Part shown: in pieces, positions 26,310-32,522 of the stretch | Layout of the letters: every line of letters starts with the position of its first letter | Position numbering within the stretch: the first letter of the stretch is position 1 | The notes under the pieces: generated by a model | Told to the model about the DNA's origin: nothing | Databases searched by the model: none | What the model saw: the letters and a program-made list of their open reading frames with translations, nothing else | Position numbers and translations under genes: made by a program | Assembly (NCBI GenBank): GCA_033763905.1 | Contig: JANRJP010000007.1 | Location: 1-32,522 of the forward strand | Source of the DNA: Gemmatimonadaceae bacterium | GTDB lineage: Bacteria > Gemmatimonadota > Gemmatimonadetes > Gemmatimonadales > Gemmatimonadaceae | Length of the DNA stretch: 32,522 nt | Reading direction: 5' to 3'

Positions 26310-26812
26310 GCGCGAAACTTCGCCTCGAGCGCCCGTGCGACCACGGGATGCACCAGATCGCCCACCTGCCCCCGGAACCGCGCGACCTGCCGCACCAGCG
26401 ACGAGCTGATGTACGACGTCTCGAGCGACGGGACGAGGAAGACGGTCTCGATGTCTTCGGCCAGATGGCGATTCATCAACGCCATCTGGAACTCGTACTC
26501 GAAATCGGACACGGCGCGGAGCCCGCGGATGAACATCGTCGCGTGCAACTGGCGCGCGAGGTCCACCAACAAGCCGGTGAAGGCCTGCACCGTCACCCGC
26601 GGCTCGTCGGCAAAGATCTCGCGGATGAACCCGGTGCGTTCATCGGGGTTGAACAGCGGGTTCTTGTCCGGGTTCACCGCGACCGCGACGACCAATCGGT
26701 CGGTAAACTCGAGCGACCGGCGAATGAGGTCCTCGTGCCCCTTCGTGATCGGATCGAAGGTGCCAGCGTAGAGGCCGAGTCGGGTGTTCGATCGCGGGGG
26801 CTGTGTCGTCAC
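26306..26812 (-). CDS. coaD: Phosphopantetheine adenylyltransferase
   Basis: [39 protein letters not shown]. The GTG start overlaps the rsmD stop. Confidence 0.97.
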   Translation of the reverse strand: MTTQPPRSNTRLGLYAGTFDPITKGHEDLIRRSLEFTDRLVVAVAVNPDKNPLFNPDERTGFIREIFADEPRVTVQAFTGLLVDLARQLHATMFIRGLRAVSDFEYEFQMALMNRHLAEDIETVFLVPSLETSYISSSLVRQVARFRGQVGDLVHPVVARALEAKFRA

Positions 26813-27339
26813 GATTCCGGGGACGGGACGCGGTAGAAGGTAATGGCAGTGTCGCCGTACCGCCGTGTCTCGCCGCCGACGGGCATCGGATCGCTGGCCC
26901 GGTGCTCGATCGCCAGCAGCGGCGCAAACGGCGTCTCGCGCCACTGCTCCGCGATGGTGGCCGCCATCCCGAGGCCGTATGGCGGATCGGCCAAGGCCAG
27001 ATCCCACGTCCCCGCGTCAGCATCTCGCGTCACGCGCAACGCGTCGGCGCGACGGACCGTCGCGCGGGGGCCAGCCCCAAGCGTCTCGATGTTGCTGCGC
27101 AGCGCCGCGAGGGATTTGCCGTTGAGTTCGACGAACTCGGCGTGCGCCGCGCCGCGCGACAGCGCTTCGAGGCCCAACGCGCCAGATCCCGCACAGAGAT
27201 CGACCACGCGCGCGCCGACGACGGCATCGCCGAGCATCGAGAACCACGCCTCGCGGACCCGGTCGGCCGTGGGCCGCACCCGGTCGTCCTGCGGCGGCAC
27301 GATGCGTCGGCTCCGCCATTCTCCGCCGATGATGCGCAT
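26809..27339 (-). CDS. rsmD: 16S rRNA m2G966 methyltransferase
   Basis: MRIIGGEWR, RPTADRVREA, DLCAGSGALGLEALSRGA, DPPY, RRYGDT. Confidence 0.96.
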   Translation of the reverse strand: MRIIGGEWRSRRIVPPQDDRVRPTADRVREAWFSMLGDAVVGARVVDLCAGSGALGLEALSRGAAHAEFVELNGKSLAALRSNIETLGAGPRATVRRADALRVTRDADAGTWDLALADPPYGLGMAATIAEQWRETPFAPLLAIEHRASDPMPVGGETRRYGDTAITFYRVPSPES

Positions 27340-27341
27340 CG

Positions 27342-29045
27342 TCAGCCGGCGGCGCGGAGATCCGCGAGCTTGAGTTGCAGCGCATCGCGTCCCCCCCAGG
27401 TGTCGCGCTCGATCTGGAACGCCACATCCACGCGATCGCCCTCTCGAAGCGCGGCCCCACGCTCGGCGAGCCGCCACCCGATCGCGTCCAACGCCGCGGT
27501 GCCTTCACTGAGCCGAAGGCGCAGATGCTCGCCCTTCATCACGCGGGGGCGCTCGGCGACGGTCACCCCTCGGGCGACGAAGACCGGCGTCGGATTGGCC
27601 ACGCCCCAGGGCTCGCCGTGCCGCAGCAAGCGTTCCAGATCATCGGTCACCTCGCCGAGCGGCAGTTCGAGGTCGGCGCGCAATTCCGGGACGAGGTCGT
27701 CCGGCGTGAGTTGCTGCTTGGCGACCGCGTTGAACCGATCCCTGAACGCCGCGACCTGCTTGCGTTCGATCGTCACGCCGGCCGCGACGCGATGGCCGCC
27801 GTATCGCAGCAGCAGGTCGCGGCACTCGCCGAGCCCCGCGTGCAGATCGAAGGCGCTGATCGAGCGGCCGGACCCCTTCCCGGTCTCGCCGTCCATCGCC
27901 ACGAGCACCGCAGGCCGTCCAAACTCCTCGACGATACGGCTGGCCACGATCCCCACCACGCCGGGATGCCATCCCTCACCGGCGAGCACGAAGCCCCACG
28001 CATCGTCGAGGCCGCGGTGCGCGACTTGGTCGCGCGCGGCGTCCAAGGTGTCGCGGTCCATCGCTTGACGCGTGCGGTTCAGCTCTTCGAGTTCACGCGC
28101 AATTCGATTGGCCGTGTCGTCGTCGGCGGCGAGAAGCAGTTCCACGCCGCGCATCGCACTCCCCAGCCGGCCTGCGGCATTGAGTCGGGGCGCGAGCGTG
28201 AAGCCGACGCGCCCGGCTGTCATCGCCTTGCCGTCGAGCCCTGACGACCGGATGAGCGCGCGCAATCCCGGCCGCGTCGTTGCTGCGAGCACACGCAGGC
28301 CCTCGCGCACCAAGGCACGATTCTCGCCGCGGAGCGCACCAACGTCTGCCACCGTGGCGAGCGCCACCAGATCCAGATGACGCAGCGCGTGCCGTTCGTC
28401 GGCGCCGCGTGCGGCAACGAGCGCCCGCGCCAAATGGAAGGCCACGCCGACCGCGACGAGATCGCGATCCCCGGTGACGGCGTCGGGCCGCTTGGGGTTG
28501 AGCACGGCCACGCACTCCGGCAGCGGACCGCCGGGCAGATGGTGATCGCTGACGATCACGTCGATGCCGCTCGCGCGGAGCGCGTCGATCGCGCGATGCG
28601 CCGAGGTGCCGCAGTCGCAGGTGACCACCAGCCCCGCGCCCGCCGCCTGCGCCGCCCGCACCCCGGCTTCTCCGAGATCGTAGCCGTCGGTCAGCCGATG
28701 CGGAATGAACGGCACGGCGGTGCCGCCGAGCGCCCGAAGAACGGACACCAGCAGGGTGGTGGCACACATCCCGTCCACGTCGTAGTCGCCGTGCACGAGA
28801 ATCGTCTCACGCGCGTCGAGCGCGCGCCCCAGTCGCGCGACGGCGTTCGTCATCGTGACGAGCGCGCCGGGCTCGTGCAGTTGGTCGAGGCGCGGCCGAA
28901 GCCAGCGCTTGGCGGCCTCCGGGTCGGACAGCCCACGCACCACGAGCAGTCGACACAGCGCGGCGGGAAGCTTGAGCTCCTGCTCGAGTCGCGCGACGTC
29001 GGCCGGTGCTGCCGCGGATCGGAAGATCCAGCGCGTCTGCGTCAC
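27342..29045 (-). CDS. recJ: Single-stranded-DNA exonuclease RecJ
   Basis: HGDYDVDG, TCDCG, SDHH, ALATVADV, APRLNAAGRL, WHPGVVGIVASR, GSGRS, GGHRVAAG. Confidence 0.97.
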   Translation of the reverse strand: MTQTRWIFRSAAAPADVARLEQELKLPAALCRLLVVRGLSDPEAAKRWLRPRLDQLHEPGALVTMTNAVARLGRALDARETILVHGDYDVDGMCATTLLVSVLRALGGTAVPFIPHRLTDGYDLGEAGVRAAQAAGAGLVVTCDCGTSAHRAIDALRASGIDVIVSDHHLPGGPLPECVAVLNPKRPDAVTGDRDLVAVGVAFHLARALVAARGADERHALRHLDLVALATVADVGALRGENRALVREGLRVLAATTRPGLRALIRSSGLDGKAMTAGRVGFTLAPRLNAAGRLGSAMRGVELLLAADDDTANRIARELEELNRTRQAMDRDTLDAARDQVAHRGLDDAWGFVLAGEGWHPGVVGIVASRIVEEFGRPAVLVAMDGETGKGSGRSISAFDLHAGLGECRDLLLRYGGHRVAAGVTIERKQVAAFRDRFNAVAKQQLTPDDLVPELRADLELPLGEVTDDLERLLRHGEPWGVANPTPVFVARGVTVAERPRVMKGEHLRLRLSEGTAALDAIGWRLAERGAALREGDRVDVAFQIERDTWGGRDALQLKLADLRAAG

Positions 29046-29773
29046 GCGGGCGCGGTGGCGAACAACAACACGCCGCAGCCCTCGCACACCTCGAGCCGCA
29101 TCGCCGCGACCATCTGCCGGAATCGTTGGAGCGGCAGCGCGGTATCACAGGCCCCGCAGGCCGCGCCGCGGAGGGCCACGACGGCCTGACCCGGCTTGCG
29201 GCGACGCACGCGATCGTAGGGCGACAGCAACGTGGACGGCACGGCCGCGGCCGCCGCCTCGCGTGCGGCGCGCGCCGGTGCAAGCGCCGCGTCGAGGGAC
29301 GACACCTCGGCCTCCAGCTCGGCGCGCGCGGTAGCCTGCCTCGCGTCGAGGGCGGTGAGTTGCGCCTCGAGCCGCGTCCGCAGGGCCTCCGCCTCCGCGG
29401 CTCGCTTCGCGGCCGCGGCGCTGTCCGCCTCTTCCTGCGCGACGAGCTTGCGATCGTACTCGACCTGCTCCGACGCGGCGGTCACGTCGCGCAAGCGCTC
29501 GGCCGCCTCGAGCACGGCGACGTGCTGCGCCAGTCGCAGCCGTGCCTCCGCCAAGCGCCGCGACGCTTCGCGCGCCTTCTTCCGCTCGCCCTCGGCCGAG
29601 TCGCGACTCTTGGCCAGCTGCGCCGCCAAGGCGTCGCGTTCGCGCTGCAACGCCTCGCGTCGCGGGGCCAATTCGGCCGCGCGCGATTCGAGGGCGTGCA
29701 TCTGCGCATCGTGTTCCTGCAAGGCGAGCAGGGCGGCAAGTTCGGGCGAAACGGATACGGACGGCGTCGTCAC
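29042..29773 (-). CDS. Coiled-coil plus C4 zinc-ribbon protein (DUF164 / CdsZ / HP0958-like)
   Basis: Long coiled coil, then YDRVR and CGACDTALP...VCEGCGVLL. Confidence 0.88.
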   Translation of the reverse strand: MTTPSVSVSPELAALLALQEHDAQMHALESRAAELAPRREALQRERDALAAQLAKSRDSAEGERKKAREASRRLAEARLRLAQHVAVLEAAERLRDVTAASEQVEYDRKLVAQEEADSAAAAKRAAEAEALRTRLEAQLTALDARQATARAELEAEVSSLDAALAPARAAREAAAAAVPSTLLSPYDRVRRRKPGQAVVALRGAACGACDTALPLQRFRQMVAAMRLEVCEGCGVLLFATAPA

Positions 29774-31686
29774 GTGGCCTTGAGCGAAAGAAGTTCCTTG
29801 TTGACGCGAGCTTTCTCGGCGAGCAGCGCCAACTTGGTATCCTCGTCGGCCTGCTCCAGCTCTCGTTGGATGTCATCCATCCGGCGTCGAAGTCGACGGA
29901 CCCGAAATCTGGTGAGGAGGTCATCCTTTGTGCGATCCGAATTGATGCTGGCGGCATCCTTTTCGGCCAACAGGTCCTGCAGGAGCCCCACCGCCCCGTC
30001 ACTGAGCTGCCCCGCCAGCACCTCGACCTCCTGCTCGGCGTCACTCGCCAAGGCGAGGAAGAGCTCGCGCCCCTCGTCGGTGTCGAGCTCGCGAGGATCG
30101 ACCTGCTCAGCGATCTCCTCGACGATGCGGCGGATGTGCACCATCAGGCGCAGCAGCGCCCGCTCCTGGCTCAGCGCGGGAGACGTCATCGACGGCAGCC
30201 CGCGAACGGCACGCCATCCTTCGGGCTGGCCGTACCGCCCGCCTTTGCGCCCTTTGCCGCGCCAGGCGGGCCGGTCATCGGGAAACTCCGCCTCCCGCGG
30301 CGGGCGCGGCCCGTCGGCCTCGCGGCCTCGCGGGGCCTCATCGGACGCCGTCGCGGGCGCGCCGCCCGCCGTGGAGCGTCCGGCGCGACGCGGCGCCGAG
30401 TCCAGCTCGCGGAGCAGGACCGCCCGATCCACGCCCGTCTCCTCGACGAGTCGGCTCAGGTAGAGCTCGCGCGTGACCGAGTCTCGGCAGGCTCGAATGG
30501 TCGGGAGCAGCTTGTCGATGGCCTCGCGCTTCTTGTGCAGGTCGGCGAAGTAGCCGTGCGTCCGCAGCACCTGAATCTGCCGCTCGAAGAGATCGACCGC
30601 GTGCGTGAGCCGTTCCTCGAGCACCGCCGCGCCCTTCCCCTGCGCAATGCCCTTGGCCACGTACGAGTCGGGATCTTCGCCCTCGGGGAAGGTCACCACA
30701 CGCACGGTGGCACCGTGACGAAGCAGTTCGAGCCCGCTTCGGAAGGTCGCCCGCTGGCCGGCCGCATCGGCGTCGTAGAGCAGAAAGACGGTCGGTGCAA
30801 CGCGAGCCAGCAGCTCCGCCTGCTCGTCGGTGAGCGCGGTGCCCATTGGCGCCACCGTCTCCTCGACGCCCACGAGATGCAACCGAATGGCGTCGAAGTA
30901 CCCCTCCACCACCAAGGCGCGCTCACGCTTGCGCATCGCGGGCCGCGCCGCGTGCAGCAGATACAGCAGCTTCCCCTTCGAGAAGACCGGAGATTCGGGC
31001 GAGTTCAGATACTTGGGCTCACCCGGCCCGAGGAGCCGACCGCCGAAGCCGACGTGGTGGCCCTGCACGTCCTGAATCGGGATCATCAGCCGATCCCGGA
31101 ACCGCGCCCGCAGTTCGTCGCTGCCCTCGCGCTGCGCGAGCAGTCCGCTTTCGAGCTGGCGGGGCGCGGAGAAGCCCAGCGATTCGAGATGCTGTCGGAG
31201 CGACGCGCCCTCACGCGGCGCGAAGCCGAGCCCGAAGCGGTCCGCCTGTTCGCGCCCGATCCCGCGGCCCGCGAGGTACTCGCGCGCAGCCGCTCCGCGC
31301 TCGTCCTCCCACAGGATGCGCTGACACCACTCGGCCGCCGCGGCGTGCATCTCCCAGTGCGGGGCGCGCCAATCGGGTTCGTCGTCGCGCTTGGCCTTCA
31401 CGTCGGGCACCTCGATGCCGACGCGCTCGCCGACGGACTTCACCGCATCGACGAAGGTGAGCCCGAGATGCTTCTGCAAGAACGTGAAGACCGAGCCGCT
31501 CTCGCCGCAGACGAAGCACTTGTAGCCCTTGCCGGGCTGCACCGAGAAGTTCGGGCCCTTGCCTCCGTGAAACGGACAGGGCCCGCGATAGCTGTTGCCG
31601 TGGCGCTTGAGCGCGACGTACTCGCCGATGATCGCCACGGAGTCGGCGGCGTCGGCGACCTGCTCGACAATCTCGTCGGGGATCAT
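29770..31686 (-). CDS. dnaG: DNA primase
   Basis: CHC2 zinc finger CPFH...CFVCG, FRDRLMIPI, GFGGR, KYLNSPE, TOPRIM VEGYFD and YDADAAG, DPD. Confidence 0.98.
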   Translation of the reverse strand: MIPDEIVEQVADAADSVAIIGEYVALKRHGNSYRGPCPFHGGKGPNFSVQPGKGYKCFVCGESGSVFTFLQKHLGLTFVDAVKSVGERVGIEVPDVKAKRDDEPDWRAPHWEMHAAAAEWCQRILWEDERGAAAREYLAGRGIGREQADRFGLGFAPREGASLRQHLESLGFSAPRQLESGLLAQREGSDELRARFRDRLMIPIQDVQGHHVGFGGRLLGPGEPKYLNSPESPVFSKGKLLYLLHAARPAMRKRERALVVEGYFDAIRLHLVGVEETVAPMGTALTDEQAELLARVAPTVFLLYDADAAGQRATFRSGLELLRHGATVRVVTFPEGEDPDSYVAKGIAQGKGAAVLEERLTHAVDLFERQIQVLRTHGYFADLHKKREAIDKLLPTIRACRDSVTRELYLSRLVEETGVDRAVLLRELDSAPRRAGRSTAGGAPATASDEAPRGREADGPRPPREAEFPDDRPAWRGKGRKGGRYGQPEGWRAVRGLPSMTSPALSQERALLRLMVHIRRIVEEIAEQVDPRELDTDEGRELFLALASDAEQEVEVLAGQLSDGAVGLLQDLLAEKDAASINSDRTKDDLLTRFRVRRLRRRMDDIQRELEQADEDTKLALLAEKARVNKELLSLKAT

Positions 31687-32522
31687 CTACTCGAAGGCCG
31701 CAATGGTGACGCCGGCGCCCCCTTCGTTCCACAGGCCGAGCCGGAATTCCTTCACCCGCGTGTCCTTGCGCAGCAGTTCCGCCACGCGGTCGCGCAGGAC
31801 GCCGGTGCCCTTCCCGTGAATGATCCGCACGCTGCGCAGATCGGCTCGCACCGCGTCGTCGATCGCGGGCAGGAGCAGATCATCGACCTCGTCAGCGCGG
31901 ATGCCGCGCAGATCCACTTCGGTCTTGGCCCGCGACTCGGGGACATCGGTGTACAGCGACACCTTCTCCTTGGGCGCTTCGCGGGTCGATCTCACGAGCG
32001 TGCGCAGCGGCACCGTGAGCTTCATCGTGCCGACCGCGACGACGCCGTCCGCCCCGCGTACCTCGAGCAGCGTACCGAGCTTGCCACCCAGCGTCCCGAC
32101 TTCCACGAGATCGCCAACGGTGGGCGCCGGAGCCGAGGCACGGCCCCGGTCGGCGCGCTGCTGCGCCGACTCCTGCTCGCGCCGCTCGCGGCGGGACGGC
32201 TGCTCCAACGCCTGCAGCGCCGCGCCCTCGCGCTGCGCCGCCTGCTCGACGGCGCGCCGCGCCGCACGCGCGGCCTCTTCCAGCGCCGCGTCACCGGCCC
32301 CCTTGAGTTCCCGCACCACGCGCTCGACTTCGGCCCGCGCATCGAGCAAGAACTGCCGCGCGTCCTTGCGGGCGTCCCGTTCGATCTGCTTCTCGCGATC
32401 GCGCACCGCGCGTTCCCGCCCCAGCACCGAGCGCTCGCGATCCTGCGCCCGCGCGAGCAGCTGCTCGAGCTCACGCTCGCGCGCGCCAATGCGCTCGGAG
32501 CGCGCTTCGAGATCCGCGAGTA
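31687..32522 (-). CDS. mutS2: Endonuclease MutS2, C-terminal part (truncated by the window edge)
   Basis: The frame is open to the window end. It encodes a coiled coil, a KOW-like VGDLVEV segment, and an Smr domain VDLRG..RIIHGKGTGVLR..EGGAGVT. Confidence 0.93.
   Translation of the reverse strand, partial: LADLEARSERIGARERELEQLLARAQDRERSVLGRERAVRDREKQIERDARKDARQFLLDARAEVERVVRELKGAGDAALEEAARAARRAVEQAAQREGAALQALEQPSRRERREQESAQQRADRGRASAPAPTVGDLVEVGTLGGKLGTLLEVRGADGVVAVGTMKLTVPLRTLVRSTREAPKEKVSLYTDVPESRAKTEVDLRGIRADEVDDLLLPAIDDAVRADLRSVRIIHGKGTGVLRDRVAELLRKDTRVKEFRLGLWNEGGAGVTIAAFE

Noticed and set aside
1..32522. CRISPR arrays, IS elements, prophage genes, rRNA
   Set aside because: I observed no regularly spaced repeats, transposase, integrase or phage-like ORFs, or rRNA-like sequence. 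Nearly all bases are accounted for by core genes.

Overview
Very GC-rich bacterial core-genome window. Gemmatimonadota-like is my impression from gene order and protein style, not something I could verify. It is almost entirely housekeeping and mostly on the minus strand. Read 3'->5' on the + coordinates, there are four parts. (A) A tightly coupled run: mutS2 (3' part), dnaG, C4 zinc-ribbon protein, recJ, rsmD, coaD, pta, an intact RsbV/RsbW/RsbU-type partner-switching module, and rsmA, converging on rex. (B) A DEDDh exonuclease and a YtnP-like metallo-beta-lactamase-fold hydrolase. (C) A sigma70-like promoter and a structured, terminator-containing leader ahead of infC (AUU start), rpmI, rplT, pheS, pheT, zapB-like, zapA, a probable 6S RNA, rny, folD, xseA, xseB, ispA, dxs, nadK and recN. 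(D) A divergent pair made of an uncharacterised outer-membrane-like protein and a GH125-like six-hairpin glycosidase, followed by tRNA-Gly(GCC), tRNA-Leu(TAA) and a KirBac-type potassium channel. I found no mobile element, CRISPR array or defence island. The most interesting signals are regulatory: a 6S RNA whose closing stem appears to cover the RNase Y Shine-Dalgarno, a candidate L20-type attenuator, a partner switch with no sigma factor embedded in a replication/CoA/rRNA-methylation operon, and repeated leaderless-type GTG starts.
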